A DNA stretch of 52,895 nucleotides from Escherichia phage LF82-10, in sequence record PV660453; one strand, written 5' to 3'. Both the position numbers and the translations under genes were made by a program. Positions 19,718-27,540 of this stretch are shown in pieces; position 1 is the first letter of the stretch; each line of letters starts with the position of its first letter. The notes under the pieces were generated by a model. It saw only the letters and a program-made list of their open reading frames with translations, was not told the DNA's origin and did no database searches.

Positions 19718-20368
19718 TTAGTTCCACCCAAGGAATCGAGCCATTGGAATCTTTAGGTTTCCGCGACCGTTGAAAATATCATTAAACCCTCGCTGATTTC
19801 GTCTGATCCATGTAGTCTGCAACTCCGAGCCAGTCCAGCGCATGAGGTTGCCAGAGTAACCAGAGGCAACGCCATCCGTTGACATTTCACCCATGCAGGA
19901 CTCCCACAGAAAGAATGGGTTGTAACCAGGTGATACGCTGGCAACGTTACCCTCAAGAGGCCAATTCCCGGCAACCTCAAGGAAGCCAGTTACACGAGGC
20001 ATTGAGGCAGCGCCCAAAGCAGACCAGATCAGTTGCCCGGAACCGTCGAACACGTCAAGCACGCCAGATGGAAAGTTTGCGTTTCTGGTTGTCCTGATCA
20101 CGCGGATTGAGTTTGGTAGGAACATATCAGATCCCGGAAACCCCCACGCGCCGTTAGAAAGAAATTGCACCCAATGCAAATATCCGTCTTGCTTCCTCGT
20201 GTTTTGGTTTAGGTAAGCCAGTGAGCTTATGTTGCCAAAAGGTGTGTTTAGGTTGTAGTCACCAGTATTTAAATATGACGGGTTGAAAGATGAGTGGTAG
20301 ATCGTGTGTTTCTGATCTGAGTTAATCATCATCGCCCCGGCGTTATTGTATACCTCAAAACCAGGCAT
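19718..20368 (-). CDS. hypothetical protein (MPG-paralog A)
   Basis: 216 aa, Asn/Gly/Ser/aromatic-rich; SD GAGGGGG; N-terminus paralogous to the next gene. Confidence 0.45.
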   Translation of the reverse strand: MPGFEVYNNAGAMMINSDQKHTIYHSSFNPSYLNTGDYNLNTPFGNISSLAYLNQNTRKQDGYLHWVQFLSNGAWGFPGSDMFLPNSIRVIRTTRNANFPSGVLDVFDGSGQLIWSALGAASMPRVTGFLEVAGNWPLEGNVASVSPGYNPFFLWESCMGEMSTDGVASGYSGNLMRWTGSELQTTWIRRNQRGFNDIFNGRGNLKIPMARFLGWN

Positions 20369-20377
20369 ATTGCCCCC

Positions 20378-20677
20378 TCAGTTAAATTTGTAAATTTCGA
20401 TATCCATCGTCACATCGTTAAACGGGTTGCTTGTTGGTAGGTAGATAACATCAACAGCATTCTCACGCGTTACGCAAGCGTAAGCACTCCCTATGTAGAT
20501 GTTTGCGTATTTGATGCAAGCAAACGAGTTGTAACCGTTTATTCCGACAACAGCAAAAGACACGATCGAAGTCGAGCGCGGGAACACGATTTGCTGACGA
20601 TGCACAAAGCGAGTGCTGAAATCTCCGAGATCCACAATCAGATTTCCCGACCCATCCCATGCTTGTAAACCAGGCAT
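20378..20677 (-). CDS. hypothetical protein (MPG-paralog B)
   Basis: 99 aa; SD GAGGTGG; N-terminus MPGLQAWDGSGNLIVD aligns with MPGFEVYNNAGAMMIN of the downstream gene. Confidence 0.45.
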   Translation of the reverse strand: MPGLQAWDGSGNLIVDLGDFSTRFVHRQQIVFPRSTSIVSFAVVGINGYNSFACIKYANIYIGSAYACVTRENAVDVIYLPTSNPFNDVTMDIEIYKFN

Positions 20678-20795
20678 AATGCCACCTCGTGAGTTTGTTT
20701 GATTGAGTGCAAATAATACACCAGCGAGCAGACAAAATCAAAGTCAACATGTCGTTCCTGTAGTTAGCTGTTAAGAAAATCACTTTCCGGCGATT

Positions 20796-20814
20796 TCGAT
20801 ACACGCAACTACAG
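20796..20814 (+). repeat. direct repeat TCGATACACGCAACTACAG, copy 1
   Basis: identical 19-mer recurs at 21013-21031; related copy AATACGCACTACAAC at 42082-42096. Confidence 0.7.
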
Positions 20815-20838
20815 AAAACTACAGCGTTATACATTGCG

Positions 20839-20880
20839 TAAGTATATATATAATAAGGGTTTATCTAATATTATTATTAT
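20839..20880 (+). repeat. AT-rich element (TAAGTATATATA...GGTTT...ATCTAAT), copy A
   Basis: homologous to 41900-41950. Confidence 0.6.
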
Positions 20881-21012
20881 TACTATATTCATGTTGTAGT
20901 TAGTGTAACGGTATCGTTTGGTGATTCCCGGATATCTTTTCGAATAGTTGAGTTAATTGTGTGGTTATTAGGATGCCGATACCTGGCTACCCCTCCGCAA
21001 TCCGCGTTAAAA

Positions 21013-21031
21013 TCGATACACGCAACTACAG
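21013..21031 (+). repeat. direct repeat TCGATACACGCAACTACAG, copy 2
   Basis: identical to 20796-20814; preceded by CCCCTCCGCAATCCGC which recurs as CCCCTCCGAAATCCGC at 42056-42071. Confidence 0.7.
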
Positions 21032-21115
21032 TCAGCATTCATGCGGGTTTGAAGGGTGTTTTTTGTAACGAATGCCATTATCGACAAAAAATAACACTAA
21101 CGACACGTTATATAT

Positions 21116-21143
21116 TTGACAAAGCGAATGAACCGCGTATACT
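21116..21143 (+). promoter_or_regulatory. sigma70-like promoter TTGACA-16-TATACT for recombination operon
   Basis: near-consensus hexamers 30 bp upstream of 21174 start. Confidence 0.55.
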
Positions 21144-21173
21144 CAGCCACATCAACCACAACTGAGGAATAAA

Positions 21174-22232
21174 GTGATGAATCCAACAAGACCTGAATCA
21201 GATTTTTTCTGGTTCACCAGCGATGAAATGCCGAACGATTTTTACCACGACAAAGAGGCATGGACTTTTGATTTCGTATCAGGCTCCAGCCTTTGCGACA
21301 TTCACCAATCGTCACCCGCTTCATGGTTCTTCGCCAAAAACGAGATCACAAAGGCGCTTGAGTTTGGTACTCAGTCACACACCAACTTTGAATCGAAGTC
21401 GCTGTTTGATGCAACGTATCGACGCGCACCAGCCCCGGAAGACTTCGAAAACTTGATTACGTCTCAGGCAGCGCTGGCTACGAAGTTGAAATCATTCGGC
21501 CTGACTGGTACAAGCGGGAAGCAATATCCAGAGCTGATCAAAATGATGGTTGATTGCGGTGAAGATCTTAACGTGTTGTGGCTTATTGATATGATCGCAC
21601 AGTGCCAGGCTTGGGCTGATGGCGTTGAGTTGGTCAAGGCTGAGGATTACGACAAGTGCAAGATGATGCGCGCCGTTCTGGAATCAGTGCCGGAATACGC
21701 AATGATGATGGAAAGCCCAACGGCAATGCACGAGCTTTCATTGTTCGGAAAGATCAGCGGCGTTGACGTAAAAGTCAGACTTGACTACGTTGACACGGTT
21801 ACTGATCCAAACCTCATTCGTCATTTTGGGTACGATCCAGAGCTACACCCTGAAATCATTGTGATTATGGACTACAAAACGACGAGCAGCGCCAACCCGG
21901 CAGATTTTGACCGAAAGGCATTCGATCTTGGGTATTATCTGAAGATGGCATTGCAGCGTGATTTATTCGTCAAAGTGTACGATGAGAAGCGCCCCGTTTG
22001 CTTGGTTCTGCTTACACAGGAAAAGAAAGAGCCATTCTTGCCACTTGGAAGGCCAATGACGCGCGAGCAGCTTCTTTTAGGCCGCAAGCAGTATATGGGT
22101 GTCATTCACACTTACTCGATCTGCAAGGAATCAAACGTTTGGCCTGGCTATGCAAACGGCGCTCCTTTCGTTAGCCTTGAAACGCCTGACTACATCAAGC
22201 GCCAGCATAAGGATATTTTCGGCGGAGAGTAA
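21174..22232 (+). CDS. recombination exonuclease (PD-(D/E)XK, RecE/YqaJ-like)
   Basis: 352 aa; PD-(D/E)XK-like segment IVIMDYKTT; precedes Erf-like and SSB genes. Confidence 0.5.
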   Translation: MMNPTRPESDFFWFTSDEMPNDFYHDKEAWTFDFVSGSSLCDIHQSSPASWFFAKNEITKALEFGTQSHTNFESKSLFDATYRRAPAPEDFENLITSQAALATKLKSFGLTGTSGKQYPELIKMMVDCGEDLNVLWLIDMIAQCQAWADGVELVKAEDYDKCKMMRAVLESVPEYAMMMESPTAMHELSLFGKISGVDVKVRLDYVDTVTDPNLIRHFGYDPELHPEIIVIMDYKTTSSANPADFDRKAFDLGYYLKMALQRDLFVKVYDEKRPVCLVLLTQEKKEPFLPLGRPMTREQLLLGRKQYMGVIHTYSICKESNVWPGYANGAPFVSLETPDYIKRQHKDIFGGE

Positions 22233-22247
22233 TAGCACTAAAAGCTA
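22233..22247 (+). promoter_or_regulatory. TAGCA-box (TAGCACTAAAAGCTA) upstream of Erf-like gene
   Basis: starts 1 nt after exonuclease stop; -10 TATAAT at 22269-22274 within inverted repeat. Confidence 0.55.
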
Positions 22248-22311
22248 AACAAAAGCGGTGATGTTTGGTATAATCACCGCTCAATCAAACGAACGAAAAG
22301 AGGCATAAGCA

Positions 22312-22971
22312 ATGCGAACTTCAGAAAGTATTATCAATGTTTCAAAGGCTCTCATCGAGGCGAAAAAGAAATTTGCCATCGCCAAAAAATCCGGTTTTAA
22401 CAAACACCTCAACTCCCATTATTCAAACCTGACGGATGTATTGGAGGCGATCGAGCCAGCGCTGAAAGAGCTTGATTTGATGGTTATTCAGTCAAACCTT
22501 GAAAGCACGACAGATAAGGTTATGCACATCGAAACGCTGATCCTTCATACATCCGGCGAATGGCTTGCATTCCAGTACAACATGCCTATAGAGAAAATCC
22601 AGGCTCAGGCATACGGCTCAACAACATCATACGGGCGACGTTATGCACTTTGTGCCGCGCTCAGCATCACTCAGAGCGACGACGACGCAGAGATCGCGAA
22701 ACGCACCGCGTCGGATTACAAAAAGCTGGTAGCAGATTGCAACGATATCGAGGCGCTTGGAACCATTTACCAAAGTGCCAAGCAATCACTCGGAGCGGCA
22801 GAGTGGAAAATTGCAGAGGAGCATTTGCGCAAACGCAAAGCAGAATTGCAAGCCGGAACGGCGCGAGGATTTAACCCACCTCAAAAGCAGGAAGCGCCAA
22901 AGAAACAAAATCAGGTTGAAGAGAAGCCACAACATCCGGTAGACTCTCAAAACATCGAAGACTTTAACTAA
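22312..22971 (+). CDS. single-strand annealing protein (Erf-like)
   Basis: 219 aa; N-terminal region resembles Erf family; between exonuclease and SSB. Confidence 0.55.
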   Translation: MRTSESIINVSKALIEAKKKFAIAKKSGFNKHLNSHYSNLTDVLEAIEPALKELDLMVIQSNLESTTDKVMHIETLILHTSGEWLAFQYNMPIEKIQAQAYGSTTSYGRRYALCAALSITQSDDDAEIAKRTASDYKKLVADCNDIEALGTIYQSAKQSLGAAEWKIAEEHLRKRKAELQAGTARGFNPPQKQEAPKKQNQVEEKPQHPVDSQNIEDFN

Positions 22972-23012
22972 ACCAAAGGGGGCGAAAGCCCCCTCACTAA
23001 CAGGAAATCAAA

Positions 23013-23498
23013 ATGCCGCACATCATCACAGGTGAGATCAAAAAAGCCCCGTACACCAAAGACGGAAGCAACAATAACGGGCGATGGAAAATGTACATTG
23101 TCGATCTGAGTGAGCGCATGAAAGTGCGCAACCCTGACACACAGGCCGATGAAGTTGTTTACACAAACTACAAGGCAACCTTCTTTGCAAAAGAAAACGT
23201 CATGCAGTGGTACGATGAAGCGTTCCAGGTTGGCAAGGTAATCAGCGTAACGTGTGACACGCTGCAAATCACCAGCCGAGATCACAACGGCAATACGTAT
23301 CTTACGGCTGAAATGATCCGGCCTCAACTGACCTTCAGCCAGCGAGAGGCTCAGCAGCAGGGATGGGGGCAACCACAGCAGCCGCAAGGCAATCAGCAAC
23401 AAAGCCAGCACAGACCACCACAGCAGCGACCACAGCAGCGACCACAGCAGCAACAGCCACAGCAGGGAAATCAGTTTGACGATGACATTCCATTCTGA
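23013..23498 (+). CDS. ssb: single-stranded DNA-binding protein
   Basis: 161 aa ending in the canonical acidic SSB tail DDDIPF, preceded by Gln/Pro-rich linker. Confidence 0.8.
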   Translation: MPHIITGEIKKAPYTKDGSNNNGRWKMYIVDLSERMKVRNPDTQADEVVYTNYKATFFAKENVMQWYDEAFQVGKVISVTCDTLQITSRDHNGNTYLTAEMIRPQLTFSQREAQQQGWGQPQQPQGNQQQSQHRPPQQRPQQRPQQQQPQQGNQFDDDIPF

Positions 23499-23503
23499 CG
23501 GGT

Positions 23504-23536
23504 AAAAATAAAGGAGCCTTTCGGCTCCTTTTTTAT
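23504..23536. terminator. bidirectional terminator between ssb and tail fibre gene
   Basis: AAAAATAAA-GGAGCC-TTTC-GGCTCC-TTTTTTATTT. Confidence 0.6.
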
Positions 23537-25899
23537 TTCAGCAATAACGACTCAAGTTTAGCAAGGCGCTCTTCCATTTCCTCCATTCTGTTACCCATGT
23601 AAACCATAGCACAGGCCATATCAGTAAGCATGACGTTTGAATCAAGAGCTAGCGTATCGTCCTTAAATCCAGTCTCGATCTGCCTGGCAACGTACTCCTC
23701 ACCATTCTCGTTGACTCCGATAACATCTTCAAAGATCGGAGCGCCAGGGACTACTTTCACATACTGACTATCAACTTTATTCAAGTCCTGAGCAATCAGA
23801 CCGAATCTCTGTGTGTCAGATCCCTTATACTTGAACATGGTTGGGAGCCACTGCATTACGCGATCATAGCTCTCCTTTCCTTCGGTGTATTTGATATCCC
23901 ACTTAAGATCCCGGTCAGACGTTGGCGCTTTCTGGAATGTATACCCCCCATCCCATCCTCCACCCTGACCCCATGAGATAATATCTGATGATGGTGCATG
24001 GAATTCAAATCCGCGATGGTACGCACCATCACCAAGCATCTTAATTACTGCGCGAGGCCATCCGTTGTTCCCGCTAGAAATCATACCAAGAGAGGTATTC
24101 ATTCGATACCCGCCAGTTGATGTGGTTGCCCCTGAGATCAATGAAGCATATCCGGCATCATTACCCGTTACATCACCAGCAAAGAACGTACTCCCCATGT
24201 AATCATTTGGCTGCGCCCAACCTCCTTGAGTTAACTTACCAAGAAACCCCCTTGGAGAAGATATGTGACCGCCGTATGAGTTTATGAATTTAAACTCCTT
24301 CCAGTCACTTCCTTGGTTGTTCACTCCGATCTTGAAGTGATCAATATCAGTGCCACTACCGCGAACCCCCCCAATCTGCCAGTAACCAGAGTACCAGTTA
24401 CCTTGAACCAGGTTAACCCAACTATTAACAGAGCCATCACCAGCAGCGTTTTGAATCAGGATGTTTTTGTTTCCGCCACTCTGAGTTGAAACAACGATCG
24501 ATTTACCCTGCTTTGCCTCTACGTTTCCGTTTGTTGCAACCAGAGCGCCGCCGCTAATCGTTCCGACGGCTGTCAGCGATGCAACTCCGGTAATGTTCCC
24601 CGCCTCATCAAACTGATAGTAGTTCCCCTTTCCTCCAGCCGTGTTTGCCGTGTGAATCGTTGTCTTTACAACGCCGCCTTGTAGTTCATTGTAAAATCTT
24701 GAGTTTGATTGCAGCGTTGCGCCGTCAGCAGAAAGCCTTTTACTCTCAATCAGCCCCCCACTAGTTGCTGAGCCAAGTGTTGTAGCCTCCACGCCTCCAA
24801 ATCTCACCGCTTGACCCGAGCCGATACCAAGATTGTTTCTTGCTCCGTCAGCAGTTGTTGATCCAGTGCCACCAGATCCGATAGGGATCGGGATTACATT
24901 TCCGTTACTATCCTGCCACTGGAAAATCCCATCATCGCCAATCGTCAGCCTTTTTGTTCTATCTGGCGTGCTAATGTAGTTACGCGTTCCAATGTGGCGC
25001 AGCCAGTCAAGATCAAGGTTCGTCCTCGCGGCTTGTACGTCAGTAAGATCAGATAGGTTATTTGCCTTCTTTAGCTGTTCGTCAGGGTTAGCCGTTGCTG
25101 CGCGGTCTGCTTCAGCCTTGGCTCGTGCTGCATCGTCACGAGCGGCGGCGGCAGATTGCCCGGCGCTGGTTTCGCTGTTTGCTGCATTCGTCTCGCTTAC
25201 CCTGGCGGCATCCTTGCTGGCTCCGGCTTGGGTTGCGGCAACTTCGGCGGCTTGACGATGCGCGGCAGCTTCGCCGTTAGATTGAGCGGCTGAGCTTGCG
25301 CTATTACCCGCATTTGTCTCGCTAGTCTTCGCATTGAATGCAGAATCGGCGGCAGCGTTCTTTGCGCTTGTTGCGGTTGCAGCGTCAGCGGCGGAGCTAG
25401 ATGCAGATGCGGCAGCGGCGTTTTTATCTTGCTGTGCAGACTGAGCAGATCCGGCGGCGGCGTTCTTGCTTGCCTCAGCTTCGTTTGCGTTAACTTCAGT
25501 ACGATCAGCATCAACGCGAACGGCAGACTGAAGATCTTTCAGCTCTTGCAGGTTAAAGTTCTTGAAGAAATCCATAGCCTCCTCGATCACAGTTTCCTTG
25601 CTTTGGTAGTAGCGCAGAGTTTCAGCCACATCTTGAGCAAGGCCATCAACAGTGATTGAGTCATGCAGCAGGATTACATAGTTCGTACCATCCGGCACAA
25701 CTGCATCATCCGTTTGGATCGCTCGCATTTCCGTGTCACTCACGATCGCGGAAATAGTAACCAGCGTTAGTGGTTGAGTTAAAAACACCATCGTTGCCCC
25801 AACGCGAATCAGAGACAGCTTGTCTTGCCATTTCGTATCAACGCCAGTTACAACGCCGTTAGCGGCCAATCCCGCCGTTCCTCTACGATAAATCGCCAT
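23533..25899 (-). CDS. tail fibre with C-terminal intramolecular chaperone (S74-like) domain
   Basis: ATG at 25899 (SD AGGTG); Ala/Ser/Asn-rich low-complexity segment; C-terminal region (DRDLKWDIKY...LIAQDLNKV...LAKLESLL) resembles auto-cleaving fibre chaperone domains. Confidence 0.75.
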   Translation of the reverse strand: MAIYRRGTAGLAANGVVTGVDTKWQDKLSLIRVGATMVFLTQPLTLVTISAIVSDTEMRAIQTDDAVVPDGTNYVILLHDSITVDGLAQDVAETLRYYQSKETVIEEAMDFFKNFNLQELKDLQSAVRVDADRTEVNANEAEASKNAAAGSAQSAQQDKNAAAASASSSAADAATATSAKNAAADSAFNAKTSETNAGNSASSAAQSNGEAAAHRQAAEVAATQAGASKDAARVSETNAANSETSAGQSAAAARDDAARAKAEADRAATANPDEQLKKANNLSDLTDVQAARTNLDLDWLRHIGTRNYISTPDRTKRLTIGDDGIFQWQDSNGNVIPIPIGSGGTGSTTADGARNNLGIGSGQAVRFGGVEATTLGSATSGGLIESKRLSADGATLQSNSRFYNELQGGVVKTTIHTANTAGGKGNYYQFDEAGNITGVASLTAVGTISGGALVATNGNVEAKQGKSIVVSTQSGGNKNILIQNAAGDGSVNSWVNLVQGNWYSGYWQIGGVRGSGTDIDHFKIGVNNQGSDWKEFKFINSYGGHISSPRGFLGKLTQGGWAQPNDYMGSTFFAGDVTGNDAGYASLISGATTSTGGYRMNTSLGMISSGNNGWPRAVIKMLGDGAYHRGFEFHAPSSDIISWGQGGGWDGGYTFQKAPTSDRDLKWDIKYTEGKESYDRVMQWLPTMFKYKGSDTQRFGLIAQDLNKVDSQYVKVVPGAPIFEDVIGVNENGEEYVARQIETGFKDDTLALDSNVMLTDMACAMVYMGNRMEEMEERLAKLESLLLK

Positions 25900-25922
25900 T
25901 GTCAACACCTCTTGTTAGTAAA

Positions 25923-25937
25923 TAGCACGAATTGCTA
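25923..25937 (+). promoter_or_regulatory. TAGCA-box (TAGCACGAATTGCTA) over predicted start site of tail fibre transcript
   Basis: minus-strand -10 TATAAT at 25944-25949 lies upstream of box; operator-like position. Confidence 0.45.
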
Positions 25938-25965
25938 AAACGCATTATATCAGGCATTCAGGCAA

Positions 25966-25990
25966 TAAAAAACCCTCCGAAGAGGGTTGT
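25966..25990 (-). terminator. terminator for primase transcript (minus strand)
   Basis: minus-strand reading CAACCCTCTTCGGAGGGTTTTTT. Confidence 0.5.
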
Positions 25991-25998
25991 TGTTCGAT

Positions 25999-26934
25999 TT
26001 ACTCCAGTCTGTCAATAAGAGATTGCGGATCGTATAGCCTACGCTGCATCCCCTGGCGGAAATTGTCATTGTTCGGCAAGATTACCCTCAGATCCCGATC
26101 GTCAGCCATGCACAGGGTTTGGTAATCGGTAGACAGGCAAGCAACGCGAAGCTCACGATCTCCTTTGTATCGCCAAGCCACAATTTCAAGGTTCTCGGGC
26201 GTGAAAGTGACCCATACTTCCTGATTGGTTGCCGTCGCTACGCGATGCCCTTCGATTATGTCGCACACCAGATAAATAGAGCCAGTGCCAGCACCAAGCT
26301 TAACAACTGAACCGCGAGAATGATCGCGAGCCATAAAAGAATATTCCCCACTTTCATTAACAAACAGGATATTACACATTTCATCATCCAATCCTTCCGG
26401 TTGAGCGAGATAGCACGGATATGCATGAATAAGCGATTCTCCGCCATTCTCGCGAGGTTTTACGCCTACAATGAATGATTCATCCAATAGGCACTCATAA
26501 ACGCTTAGAGGCGTGCTGGCTCGCAATTCAGTGCGCTCCATAACAGCCATACAGGCATCGTGATCAACTTGCTTGCCAATATTGGCATCGGTTGTTCTCG
26601 CTATGCGCTTGTAAGCCTTCACGCGGTACTCTTGCGGAACCTTGCCCAAGAAGCGCCCCAGGATGTTAACCGCCTCGCTGTATGGCTCACCAGTCAGCTT
26701 CATGACCCAGCCAATGCCTTTATCGTTACCGCATGCGTTACAGATCGCCCCGCCGTCACCCTTCGACTCAAGGTTATCAGTCCAGCGGAAGCGGTCATTG
26801 CCGCCACAGTTTGGGCATGGCTGGTGTTTGCCATTGAATACGGTTGAGGGAAGAGCGCATATTGACTGCAACGCCTCGCGCCATAATCCTTTCATGTATG
26901 GCAAAACTTCCTCTTTCTGGTACATCATCGACAT
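25999..26934 (-). CDS. putative DNA primase
   Basis: 311 aa; N-terminal zinc ribbon CPNCGG-(x19)-CNACG like primase zinc-binding domains; adjacent to helicase module. Confidence 0.5.
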   Translation of the reverse strand: MSMMYQKEEVLPYMKGLWREALQSICALPSTVFNGKHQPCPNCGGNDRFRWTDNLESKGDGGAICNACGNDKGIGWVMKLTGEPYSEAVNILGRFLGKVPQEYRVKAYKRIARTTDANIGKQVDHDACMAVMERTELRASTPLSVYECLLDESFIVGVKPRENGGESLIHAYPCYLAQPEGLDDEMCNILFVNESGEYSFMARDHSRGSVVKLGAGTGSIYLVCDIIEGHRVATATNQEVWVTFTPENLEIVAWRYKGDRELRVACLSTDYQTLCMADDRDLRVILPNNDNFRQGMQRRLYDPQSLIDRLE

Positions 26935-26989
26935 CGCAAAAACTCCAGTATAAAAAAGGGTTGCACCGATTATGGCACAACCCGCGAGA

Positions 26990-27448
26990 TCATTGATTAG
27001 CTTTTCGTGCTTTCAGTGTTTTCCAGGATGGTTGCTCCGGCTTGGTTTCTAACTCTTCCTTTCTCACCACGCGCAGCATGTGACGCTTTTTGCATCGGAC
27101 TGTTAGCGGCTTGCCGTTGCCGTCGAATGACAGATCAGGGCGGCACCACGACGCGCGGAAACCTCCGCCATTTCGTTTATATGCGTTGTGCGCCAGTTGC
27201 GCGCCTCGCGCTGAAATCATGCCGCGTTGCCGCCACTCATAAACAACCTGAAGCGAAACGCGCAATTCTTTCGCCAGCTTTGCAGGTGAGCCGTAGAATT
27301 CAAGGATGGTATCTAATCTAGCCTTAAGCCCGGCCTTTACTTCGTCTCGTAAAACATAGTAACCTACTGGACGTTTTCGGCGCTTAGCGTCACTTCCGCG
27401 CTTCGTTCCATTGTTCCCATTAAGCGTGCGTTTATCTACGGTTTCCAT
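26990..27448 (-). CDS. Cro/CI-type HTH DNA-binding protein (candidate regulator)
   Basis: 152 aa, basic; HTH-like segment LAKELRVSLQVVYEWRQRGMIS; its leader contains a TAGCA-box. Confidence 0.55.
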   Translation of the reverse strand: METVDKRTLNGNNGTKRGSDAKRRKRPVGYYVLRDEVKAGLKARLDTILEFYGSPAKLAKELRVSLQVVYEWRQRGMISARGAQLAHNAYKRNGGGFRASWCRPDLSFDGNGKPLTVRCKKRHMLRVVRKEELETKPEQPSWKTLKARKANQ

Positions 27449-27461
27449 AATTATTCCTCAA

Positions 27462-27476
27462 TAGCATTTTTTGTTA
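27462..27476 (+). promoter_or_regulatory. TAGCA-box variant (TAGCATTTTTTGTTA) in divergent HTH-helicase control region
   Basis: -10 TGTATTAT 27496-27503 for helicase at +36; same box lies between minus-strand -10 (27499-27504) and the HTH gene SD. Confidence 0.55.
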
Positions 27477-27540
27477 AAACTGGATTGTTGAGGCGTGTAT
27501 TATATCAATCAAACGAACGAACATCAAAGGCATTAACACG

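Noticed and set aside
26990-27448. Lysogeny module (CI-like repressor with integrase)
   Set aside because: No integrase, excisionase or attachment-site features anywhere in the window; the HTH protein is better explained as a lytic-cycle transcription regulator.
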